DNA of 61,116 nucleotides from a virus. Its lineage: Duplodnaviria; Caudoviricetes. Position 1 is the first letter of the stretch; each line of letters begins with the position of its first letter. A program made the position numbers and the translations under genes. Below, in pieces: positions 8,080 through 16,341 of this stretch. The notes beneath the pieces are model-generated. The model was not told the DNA's origin. It made no database searches and saw only the letters and a list, made by a program, of their open reading frames with translations. The stretch lies in IMG/VR virus record IMGVR_UViG_3300030106_004626, positions 1 through 61,116 of that record; one strand, given 5' to 3'.

Positions 8080-8763
8080 GACCGAGTCTGATCGATGCCG
8101 GAGCTTATTGCAAGAACTATTTAGCATATTACCGAACTTTTTTTCTGGGGGGAGCGGAGCATCTAACAGAACCTCGTTCAGGATTGAATCTTGATGCTGG
8201 GAAACTAGCACACGTAATCGGCGCAACTTGTTGAAGGCCAAGGGGTTGTGGTCTAACAGAAACTGTTAGATTTGATTTCTAACAGAAACTGTTGGCCTGT
8301 AAAGTATTAACTGTCAATGAGTTGTGGCTTGCCTGTTAGAGACAAAATGTCCCGAAACGTCCAAAATCATTTAACGTCCCAAGACCCTCGGGAGAGGTGC
8401 GACGCAGCACAGGCGATCCTCGGGCCATTGAGGGCCATGTTCCAATGAACACCTTTTAGGGCTTCAGGAGTCAGGGATCGGGGGGCAGGGAATCGGGGTA
8501 AGGCCCGCCCGACTCCCGATCCCCGATTCCGGTATCGCGAACCGTGCAGCCTGAGACCGGAAGCCGGAATCATGGTAAGGTGATCAGGATAGTCAGGATG
8601 CCCGAGCCATGCAGCCGGATTCATGGTAAGTGCAGCAAGATAGTCAGGATTTCCGAAGGACGCCACCCGTGGGTATGGGGGTTTTGGGCGGCGGCGACTC
8701 ATATAAATATGTATGCGTATGAAAAAATTTGACAAATTATCCTTCATTGCTTTAATCCACCCA

Positions 8764-9018
8764 ATGGAAAAGACGACCTATTATGATCGGAACAAGGAGG
8801 CGCGGTGTGCTTACCAGCGCGAGTATTATAAAAAAAATAAGGATAAGATTAATAAAAAACGTCAAATTGACGAAGCGGTAGACCCCGAAAAGGCAGAAAA
8901 AAGATTAAAGTATAACAGGGATTATTACCGCAAACACAGAAAAAAACTTTTGCGTATGCGAGCAGAGCGGTATCGAAAACTAAAAGCGCAACAAAACAAG
9001 GATACCGCAAAGGGCTAG
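8764..9018 (+). CDS. basic helical protein (YYxKNK/RxY repeats)
   Basis: Start revised to 8764 using TTGACA-16-TTTAAT-7nt-ATG. Confidence 0.65.
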   Translation: MEKTTYYDRNKEARCAYQREYYKKNKDKINKKRQIDEAVDPEKAEKRLKYNRDYYRKHRKKLLRMRAERYRKLKAQQNKDTAKG

Positions 9019-9114
9019 CCCCAATACCCAAACCAAAAACTTTTCTTGAGGGTGTATACTAAAAGTATATATATTAATGGTATATAGAATCTCAGAGAAC
9101 TTTTCAACCGCGCT

Positions 9115-9567
9115 ATGAAACTACCCGAAGGATTTTTAAGAATACCCGATACCACGCATTATGCGTATTACCCCATCACGAACCTTGTGATGAACCTGCG
9201 AACCGAACAAGTGCTAACGCCCCAGTGGCAGGGAGGCTCGCTTCGGACAAAGATCGTTAATAAAGACGGGAAGCCATTTTACTTCCCCCATGATTTTTTC
9301 GAGCGGCCAAAACAGCCCACCCTGACTCGTGATTACGTGCTTCAGGATGAGGGAGCCAAGATCCTGCCCGACTACCCTCGGTATGCTATTACGGAGCTGG
9401 GGGTGATATACTGCATTGAACCGAAGAAGCGGGGGCGCAAGGCCAACTGTATACACGTTGTAGATACCCACGAACACCAAGGATGGGAGCAAGCGTCTTT
9501 GGCTACCCTTGAAGGCAAAACGCGCAGGGTCCGTGTGGATAAACTTATGTCGGAACTTTGGGACTAA
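9115..9567 (+). CDS. NUMOD4-like tandem-motif protein
   Basis: Two segments (IPDTTHYAY, LPDYPRYAITELG) resemble NUMOD4; no HNH motif. Confidence 0.45.
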   Translation: MKLPEGFLRIPDTTHYAYYPITNLVMNLRTEQVLTPQWQGGSLRTKIVNKDGKPFYFPHDFFERPKQPTLTRDYVLQDEGAKILPDYPRYAITELGVIYCIEPKKRGRKANCIHVVDTHEHQGWEQASLATLEGKTRRVRVDKLMSELWD

Positions 9568-9652
9568 ATCGACACGTAACAAGAACGTGTCGAGGGGCCT
9601 AACCTGAATGGTCTCTTTTGCTCTTTCGCTCCTCGTGTTACTATGCGTGGGG

Positions 9653-9847
9653 GTGAGATCCGCCACGACATTATTGGAAACCATTGTAGCTATGCTACTT
9701 GTGGCCATACTGTCTTTAGTAATTACAATAACGGCTTACAGCGTGTTCAAAGGGTTCATCGGTCTTAGTAAAGAGCACCAGCTCTTCGACCCCGACGCTT
9801 CGCATCCTTCGGGCAACACTAATTCTTTACTCGAACCCCCTCCTTGA
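9653..9847 (+). CDS. small prepilin-like membrane protein
   Basis: From GTG 9653: MRSA|TTLLETIVAMLLVAILSLVI, a class III signal peptide pattern with Glu at +5. Confidence 0.55.
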   Translation: MRSATTLLETIVAMLLVAILSLVITITAYSVFKGFIGLSKEHQLFDPDASHPSGNTNSLLEPPP

Positions 9848-9893
9848 AATCCTCTGTGTAAAAACCTATGCTTTTGTCTGGGCACAGAGATCA

Positions 9894-10172
9894 ATGTATG
9901 ACGCCACAAAAAGACCGAACAAATTTTTGCGGCGTAAACAGGTCGGCAAATGCTTAGTGTATTTGGAAGAATACGAATTCGACGACCAAAAGCGGTATTA
10001 TATAGAGGCTAACGGCCCCGACTTCAGAATTTGGCGGCGCGTAACGGGGGATTACCACAGAGCTTATGAGATATACATAATATACCGCTTCTGGGTTTGG
10101 TGGATCGAGGCTTGTTGTAACTGGTTCCCCACAACAAGATTTATTACGTGGCTAATGTTTAAAGTAATTTGA
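9894..10172 (+). CDS. hypothetical protein
   Basis: 92 aa; upstream TTGAAA-17-TATGCT. Confidence 0.55.
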   Translation: MYDATKRPNKFLRRKQVGKCLVYLEEYEFDDQKRYYIEANGPDFRIWRRVTGDYHRAYEIYIIYRFWVWWIEACCNWFPTTRFITWLMFKVI

Positions 10173-10238
10173 GCCTAGGTTTCACGCTCTTTTAGAGGTT
10201 CCCCCAACCCACCCCCGTGAAAACCTTGAGTGTCACGG

Positions 10239-10276
10239 AAAAGCCCGCCTCGGGAACCATGCTCCGAGGCGGGCTA
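10239..10276 (-). terminator. Rho-independent terminator
   Basis: Stem AGCCCGCCTCGG/CCGAGGCGGGCT followed by TTT on the minus strand. Confidence 0.7.
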
Positions 10277-10286
10277 TGCGTTGCCA

Positions 10287-10352
10287 TTACCGGCCCTTGG
10301 GTTTCCCCATCGGACGCGGTTTTGGTTTTGGTTTTGGTTTTCCGTAGGCCAT
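10287..10352 (-). CDS. 21-aa basic micropeptide MAYGKPKPKPKPRPMGKPKGR
   Basis: ATG 2 nt after the lipoprotein stop; ends before the terminator; explains the (TTTTGG)n run. Confidence 0.5.
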   Translation of the reverse strand: MAYGKPKPKPKPRPMGKPKGR

Positions 10353-10354
10353 AA

Positions 10355-10543
10355 TTACTCAGTCGGAATAAGGTCCAGTCCGATACAGAATTTAGGAGGC
10401 ATCGGACGGAATTCTAGGTCCAGCTTCGCGCTGGTCGATGGGTCGGTGAACGGGAGGGGTAGTTCGCCACCCAGATCAGCCGTGGAGCACGATACACCAA
10501 ACAGGATGCATGATGCACTTGCTGCAATCAGGTTCAACTTCAT
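10355..10543 (-). CDS. small lipoprotein
   Basis: Signal peptide with lipobox-like GVS-C. Confidence 0.65.
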   Translation of the reverse strand: MKLNLIAASASCILFGVSCSTADLGGELPLPFTDPSTSAKLDLEFRPMPPKFCIGLDLIPTE

Positions 10544-10630
10544 AGCCCCCCTTGTATGAACGTGCCCCCTGCCTGTCCAGCGAAATATACATAATTGACT
10601 ACGGGCCTACAAAAAGGTATCAACTTGACA

Positions 10631-12853
10631 ATGAGCGACACCACGCTTGAGGCTTACGACACCCTGAATCTTGGCTCTTTGGACGAAAAGGGCAAGCCAG
10701 TAGAAACCAGACTAAAAGACGTAAAGAGTGCGCTTGGTATTTACACCACCCTGCGTCAAGCTGACGAGAAGTCTGCGCTCAACCGCGCCCGCATCGATTC
10801 GATGTTCGACGGAGCGGCCCCCTACAACTCGGTGGCTCTTGCTACGAGCGGTCAGGGGTTAAAAACAAACTTAAATTTTGGAGATGCACAACGACTCTTG
10901 GATGTGGCTCTTAGTGCTTACGTTGACCTTTACAGTTCTCTTGAGAGACTCGTTGAAGTGCGCGGAACGCAGGGAGAAGCGAGCGAAATCAAACCGGCGG
11001 AAGAGATTGTCGCGGAAGAGCTAACGCACTTGATGCGTAACTGGCCTGAGTTCCACAGCGCCTATCTGCGATTATGCACGACGTTTATCAAACACGGCGT
11101 GGCGGTTGCTTACTTTGATTCGCCGGACGACTGGCGATTCCGTGTTGGCGGGTTCACGGACATACTGATTCCTCGCCAGACTCCTGCAAGCGAGGAGTGT
11201 ATCGATGTTGCTATTGGTCGCCGCAACTATCTGTTGCACGAATTATTCGCCTACATCAAGAATCCTGAAGCAGCGGCCAAGGTTGGGTGGAACGTGGAAG
11301 AGGTGAAGCGCGTTATCTTAAAAAACGCAACCACTAATACCAGTTACAAGCAATACAATGATTTTGAATCGCTGCAACAAGAGCTGAAGAACAACGACCT
11401 CTACACTGGCCTTGAGAACCCGACAGTTTCTGTGTTGCACTTCTGGGTGAAAGAGATGGATGGGAGTGTCAGCCACTACATCTCTGCCGAAGACACCCCA
11501 AAAGATTTTCTGTATAAGAAAGTTTCTCGTTACGAAAAAGCCGAACAGGCGTATGTGATGTTCACATACGGCGTCGGCAGCAATGGAACATACCATTCGA
11601 TTCGGGGCTTAGGTCAGCGCATCTTCGCCCATGTCCAGACCAGTAACCGATTGCGTTGCCAGCAGATCGACGGAGCTATGCTCGCCTCTGCGGTGATGAT
11701 CCAACCCGAAACCCAAAGGTCTCTGGACGAGTTGCAGTTTACCTACTACGGCGCATACGCCGTGTTGTCCCCGAACGTAAAAATCGTTGAGAAGGCGATC
11801 CCGAATCTTGGCACCGCTGTTCAACCTGCCTTGCAGGATCTGACGCAGCAGTTGCAGTTGAACACGGACACCATCAGCACGTATGGGCCTCAACAGAGTT
11901 CACCTTACCGGAACCAGATGCAGATTGTGGCCGACATGGATGTCACCACCCGCCTGTCTGGTGCGAGCCTCAACCTGTTCTATTCTAGTTGGAATCGCCT
12001 CCTCCGAGAAGTGGTCCGCCGCGTAGCTACTACCAAGAAGCCGGATAAGGCGGTTAAAGACTTCTTTGACCGATGCGAAGCCCGTGGGGTTCCCAAGGAG
12101 TTCGTTAAGACTCTTGATGTCGCCCGCACCAAGGCTGTTAGATCGATTGGAAACGGAAGCCACGCGAACCGCATGGTAGCCCTGAAAGAACTTCAAGGGA
12201 TAAGCGGACAGTTCGACGATGTTGGCAGACGCAACCTGACCCGCGACATTGTTTCGACCCGAGTGGGCCACGACCTTGCTGACCGTTACGTTCCGGCTGA
12301 GATCGAGAAGCGGCCTACCGTGGATCTGAAGATTGCATACTTCGAGAACCAACAGCTCACTGCGGGCCAACCTGTTCCGGTCGTAGGAAACGAGTTGCAC
12401 GGAACACATTTGGAGATTCATGTTCCGGCTCTTAACCAGATAATAGAACAACTGAATACGGGTGCGGCTGACCCGATGCAGGCACTTCCTGTTGTGCAGG
12501 CATTCTACCAGCACATTAGCGAGACTCTACAGTTCGCGGCTGGAGACCCGGCCCTTGAAGGAATGGTATCGCAGACTAAACAAGTTTTGCAGTTCGCCGA
12601 GGAGGTTATTAACAACACCACAAAAGCGGTGCAAAAAATGCAACGGGATCAAGCACAGCAGCAAGAGCAGCCTCAAGGTCAAGAGCAGCCCTCACAAGCT
12701 GATGCTAAGATGATGGAGCATCAGATAAAGATGCAGATCGCCCAAGAAAAAGCTGAACTTGATCTAGCGATCAAACAGAAAAAACATGACCAAGAAATGG
12801 CTATACGTGACGCCAAGGCTGCGCTAGAGTTCCGCCAGAACAGTGACATCTAA
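10631..12853 (+). CDS. portal protein
   Basis: About 740 aa, first gene of the head module, Q-rich coiled-coil C-terminus; promoter TTGACT-17-TATCAA-7nt-ATG. Confidence 0.75.
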   Translation: MSDTTLEAYDTLNLGSLDEKGKPVETRLKDVKSALGIYTTLRQADEKSALNRARIDSMFDGAAPYNSVALATSGQGLKTNLNFGDAQRLLDVALSAYVDLYSSLERLVEVRGTQGEASEIKPAEEIVAEELTHLMRNWPEFHSAYLRLCTTFIKHGVAVAYFDSPDDWRFRVGGFTDILIPRQTPASEECIDVAIGRRNYLLHELFAYIKNPEAAAKVGWNVEEVKRVILKNATTNTSYKQYNDFESLQQELKNNDLYTGLENPTVSVLHFWVKEMDGSVSHYISAEDTPKDFLYKKVSRYEKAEQAYVMFTYGVGSNGTYHSIRGLGQRIFAHVQTSNRLRCQQIDGAMLASAVMIQPETQRSLDELQFTYYGAYAVLSPNVKIVEKAIPNLGTAVQPALQDLTQQLQLNTDTISTYGPQQSSPYRNQMQIVADMDVTTRLSGASLNLFYSSWNRLLREVVRRVATTKKPDKAVKDFFDRCEARGVPKEFVKTLDVARTKAVRSIGNGSHANRMVALKELQGISGQFDDVGRRNLTRDIVSTRVGHDLADRYVPAEIEKRPTVDLKIAYFENQQLTAGQPVPVVGNELHGTHLEIHVPALNQIIEQLNTGAADPMQALPVVQAFYQHISETLQFAAGDPALEGMVSQTKQVLQFAEEVINNTTKAVQKMQRDQAQQQEQPQGQEQPSQADAKMMEHQIKMQIAQEKAELDLAIKQKKHDQEMAIRDAKAALEFRQNSDI

Positions 12854-13211
12854 AGAGCTACTAGACCTCCACGATGCTACTTGCGTTGAGTGCAAGGCCA
12901 TCATGCGAGCAAAAAATTCTGATTATACGGGAGGCAAAACCGCTACTGACCCGTTTGCTAATTTTAAAACTAGCGCGGTGATTGGCATCCACCCAGTTCA
13001 TGGGCTGTTGATGCGTGTCCTCGACAAAATTCAACGCATACGCTCATTTGTAAACGACTCTGAGCTTCAAGTTCCTAACGAAAGCGTCGAAGATGCTTGC
13101 CACGATATTATAAACTACGCAATTTTGGCCAAAGCGATGCTAAAAGAAGAGCGCGAACACCATGCCCAACAAGCAGATAACCCCACCAGTCCCCCTCGAC
13201 CACTGGTTTAA
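12843..13211 (+). CDS. DUF1599 / nucleotide-modification-associated (MazG-like fold) protein
   Basis: KNSDY...DPFANF...RVLDKIQR...ESVEDACHDIINY. Confidence 0.7.
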   Translation: MTSKELLDLHDATCVECKAIMRAKNSDYTGGKTATDPFANFKTSAVIGIHPVHGLLMRVLDKIQRIRSFVNDSELQVPNESVEDACHDIINYAILAKAMLKEEREHHAQQADNPTSPPRPLV

Positions 13212-13458
13212 AAACGCGGCTGCAATAGCAGAGCTACGCGCAATCCTTGAATCTGATGTTTTCCAAAAAGCAACAGCCACTTTAAAAGAAATCGCTGGAC
13301 CTTCGTTTAATACTTTGCAAGATGAATCGGGAAACGCACAGCGTCACGCTTGGTATGCGGGTTACCGAGACGCATTAAATGATTTGCATAAACTTGCACA
13401 TCCGCCCGCAGACAAACAAAATACAATAATCCCAGATGAGTGGACCCACATCGAATGA
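13162..13458 (+). CDS. small head-module protein
   Basis: 98 aa ORF between portal and scaffold. Confidence 0.6.
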   Translation: MPNKQITPPVPLDHWFKNAAAIAELRAILESDVFQKATATLKEIAGPSFNTLQDESGNAQRHAWYAGYRDALNDLHKLAHPPADKQNTIIPDEWTHIE

Positions 13459-14680
13459 AGTAGCCGAAGTGTCGGCAGCAGACCCTGTAGTAGAAGTAAC
13501 CGCTAACGTCCCTGACGCTGGTGAAGATTCAGGAACTTCTTTTATGGATGCGTTGGACGCTGCTTTTGCTGGTATGGAAACGGGCGGATCACAGGCCGAG
13601 ACTACTCCAGATCCCGCGCCGGAGCCGGAGCCGGAGCCTGAAATAGAAGCTGCGGCAGAACCAGAACCAGAACCAGAACAAGAAGCAGAAGCCGTGCCAG
13701 AGCCAGAAGCTGTTGAAGACGACACTCCTGATCCTCTCGCCGATCTTTCTGAAGATATCGGGGACGACTGGACCCCGAAAGCTGCATCTCGATTCAAGCA
13801 ACTTAAAGAAGAATTAAGATCTAGTAATACCGAGCTTCAGACTCTTCGTCAGCAGCAGCAAGAGTATGAAAAAAAAGTGCAGGAACTTACTGGTCTAGCT
13901 GAAAACAATGATGTTCAAGCTCTTCAACAAAAAATTGAAAAATATGAACAAGCCCAGATGTTCAGTGATTTGGAACAAACTGAGGCTTATCAGCAAGCCG
14001 TAGCCGAACCTCTGCAAATTATTGTCGAACAAGCCGCCGAGATCGCGGAAAAATACGGCGCGGATGCGGACGCTTTGATAGATGTTATGTCTATGTCGGA
14101 TCAAGACGAGCAAGACAGCGCCTTGAATGATATTTTGCATGAGGCTAATGACAGGGACCGTGCGAGCATTTACAATCTTATTAACAATATTGACCCAATA
14201 CTTTCCCGTCGGAACCATATGTGGGAAAATGCGGAAGCCGCTTTTAAAGAAGCCGAACTCCTTGCGGAGCAAAAATCTCAGCAAGAAGCCGCAGAAAAGT
14301 TACGCGTCCGGCAGGAAGTGGCCCAGAACGTGGCCGAGCGGGTCCAACAGAAGCTCCCATTTCTTTCTGGGGTAGAGGGGCTGGACATGAAGGCTATTCA
14401 GGAAAAAGCTGCGGAAGTAGACCCCTCTGTCATGCACCCTGTAGATTTTACCTTCAACTCGATTTCTGCACAGCTTCTTCCCACGGTGGTTCGTGAGTTT
14501 ATTGCGATGCGGGCTGAAAATGCCGCCCTGACTGACAGGCTGGCGGAATACGAAGATGCGGAGCCTACGATGTCTGGCAATGCTCCGACCTCTGGGCAGG
14601 TTGTTAGTGGCGCTGGGGCAGAATCTTCTTTTGAAGACGCCATCAATGCTGCGTTTGGATCACGCAATCTGAACAGATAA
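13436..14680 (+). CDS. scaffolding protein
   Basis: Acidic PE-rich N-terminus plus coiled coil, directly upstream of the capsid gene. Confidence 0.7.
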   Translation: MSGPTSNEVAEVSAADPVVEVTANVPDAGEDSGTSFMDALDAAFAGMETGGSQAETTPDPAPEPEPEPEIEAAAEPEPEPEQEAEAVPEPEAVEDDTPDPLADLSEDIGDDWTPKAASRFKQLKEELRSSNTELQTLRQQQQEYEKKVQELTGLAENNDVQALQQKIEKYEQAQMFSDLEQTEAYQQAVAEPLQIIVEQAAEIAEKYGADADALIDVMSMSDQDEQDSALNDILHEANDRDRASIYNLINNIDPILSRRNHMWENAEAAFKEAELLAEQKSQQEAAEKLRVRQEVAQNVAERVQQKLPFLSGVEGLDMKAIQEKAAEVDPSVMHPVDFTFNSISAQLLPTVVREFIAMRAENAALTDRLAEYEDAEPTMSGNAPTSGQVVSGAGAESSFEDAINAAFGSRNLNR

Positions 14681-14688
14681 ATCTGTTA

Positions 14689-14716
14689 TTGACCTTTTTA
14701 TATTTCTTGTTAAAAC
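14689..14716 (+). promoter_or_regulatory. sigma70-like promoter of the capsid gene
   Basis: TTGACC-16-(TGt)TAAAAC, about 210 nt before the ATG. Confidence 0.55.
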
Positions 14717-14733
14717 AAGAAGCATAACGACGA

Positions 14734-14833
14734 GGTTGCTCTAGCCAAAAGTAGTTCTACAAAGTTGTTATTGGGCTGCGTTCCAAACCATACTACCCGA
14801 ATCTGCTGGTTGCTCTAGCCATAAATAGTTCTA
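14734..14833 (+). repeat. 26-nt direct repeat pair in the capsid leader
   Basis: GGTTGCTCTAGCCAAAAGTAGTTCTA (14734) and GGTTGCTCTAGCCATAAATAGTTCTA (14808). Confidence 0.85.
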
Positions 14834-14927
14834 TGTAGGCAGTGTTCATCAACCAACTTTGGCCGCTTTTAGCCCCAAACAGGGGGAGTGGTCTATCCTC
14901 TCATTTAACTTTTTACTTTTTTAAATT

Positions 14928-16277
14928 ATGTCCGCAGATTTTGTGCTACCGCACACTTTTGAGACTGATGCCGCAGCCGCAGTTGACGCAGTGTTGACTG
15001 CTGAAGCTGGACGCATTGGTTCCGATATTCACAAGTCCACCCTCCACACCTCCCCGTGGATGGATCTTGTTAAGCAGTCCACCTTCCCTGAAGGGATGGG
15101 CTATCAACTGAGCACCCTCGTTTACGACCGCGCTCTTCCTCTCCAAGCCGAAGGAATCCACCTCCACGACACTATTGCTGGAGTTGGTGCAAATTTCCGC
15201 GCCATGGGAACCACCCATGGTTCTGCCGTCAACGGCATGTCCGCTGGTCAGCTCGACCAAGTTGGAGATGTTGCTAACAGCAAGTTCTACGGTTCTGGTG
15301 ACGCTTCCGGCGATGTCAACCTGATTGACTTCACTCGCGTTCAGAAGAGCTACAGCCTTGAGCGGGCCATCATCGAATCCCCTCGGATCAATGTCGAGGA
15401 ACTTCGTTATGCCGTCCACAGGACTGAGCAGCTTCGGGCTATCATGGACCTCCTCAAGGAAGCTACCCGCAACGTGTGGGAGAACCGCTACCGTGATGAG
15501 TATTCCAAGCTCTGCGACAACTTGGTTCTTTGTAAGACCGCTTCCTCCAGCACCACTACTGGTCAGGAAGGAACATTGGTTACTGCTGTTGATGTTGATG
15601 CTAGCGCCGATGATGGAACTTGCGACATCAACGCCAACATCTCCAACAAGATCCTTGACGATGTTTACTTCAAGCTCGTTCGGGCTGGTGCCGGAGCTAA
15701 CGCTTACGGTCGTGAAAACGGTCGCCCAGTGTTCTCTATCGTCCTCTCATCTGAGGCATCCTATCAGCTTATGACTGAGTCCGGCTTCCGCGATGATGTT
15801 CGTTACAACAACGCTAAGGTTTCTGACCTCATTGCTCCGCTCGGAGTTGAGAAGAGCTTCCGTGGTTTCTATCACTTGGTTGACGATCTCGCTCCTCGGT
15901 TTTCGTTCAACTCTTCCACTGATTTTCTGGAGCGGGTTGATCCTTACACTGTCAGCAACACAAGTGGTGCAGATGACAACAAAGTCATCGTCAACACCGC
16001 ATACGATACCGCTGATTTTGAAGCCGCCTTCGTTCTCGTTGACAACGTAATGGAGTCCCTTATTCCTGCTCCTGTGAGCAACGTAAGTGGGCTGACGTTC
16101 GACCCTGTCAACTACAAGGGCGAGTTTAAGTGGACAAACATTCCTGATGTTAGCCTCAACCCTGATGGCACCATCGGATTCTTCCGTGGTATCCTTGCTT
16201 CGGCTTCCAAGCCAATCAAGACTAACTTCGGTTACGTCATCATCTTCAAGCGCACGAGCACCACGCCCGCTGCGTAG
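14928..16277 (+). CDS. major capsid protein
   Basis: 449 aa after the scaffold gene, strongly biased codon usage, followed by a hairpin. Confidence 0.8.
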   Translation: MSADFVLPHTFETDAAAAVDAVLTAEAGRIGSDIHKSTLHTSPWMDLVKQSTFPEGMGYQLSTLVYDRALPLQAEGIHLHDTIAGVGANFRAMGTTHGSAVNGMSAGQLDQVGDVANSKFYGSGDASGDVNLIDFTRVQKSYSLERAIIESPRINVEELRYAVHRTEQLRAIMDLLKEATRNVWENRYRDEYSKLCDNLVLCKTASSSTTTGQEGTLVTAVDVDASADDGTCDINANISNKILDDVYFKLVRAGAGANAYGRENGRPVFSIVLSSEASYQLMTESGFRDDVRYNNAKVSDLIAPLGVEKSFRGFYHLVDDLAPRFSFNSSTDFLERVDPYTVSNTSGADDNKVIVNTAYDTADFEAAFVLVDNVMESLIPAPVSNVSGLTFDPVNYKGEFKWTNIPDVSLNPDGTIGFFRGILASASKPIKTNFGYVIIFKRTSTTPAA

Positions 16278-16289
16278 GTTTCATAGCTA

Positions 16290-16325
16290 GTGGGGGCGGC
16301 GGTTTATAATCCCGTCGCCCCCGCA
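16290..16325 (+). terminator. GC-rich hairpin after the capsid gene
   Basis: GTGGGGGCGGCGG...CCGTCGCCCCCGC, without a U-tract. Confidence 0.5.
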
Positions 16326-16341
16326 TAACCAACTACATATT

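Noticed and set aside
7579-8241. Zeta toxin-antitoxin system and the 220-aa long form of the ORF
   Set aside because: No adjacent antitoxin is evident. The N-terminal extension runs through the promoter and repeat region, so 8079 is the better start.
9115-9567. HNH homing endonuclease
   Set aside because: NUMOD4-like segments are present but there is no HNH catalytic motif.
14734-14833. CRISPR array
   Set aside because: Only two repeat units and no cas operon. The Cas4-like gene sits in an ordinary phage replication context. Retained only as an RNA-motif candidate.
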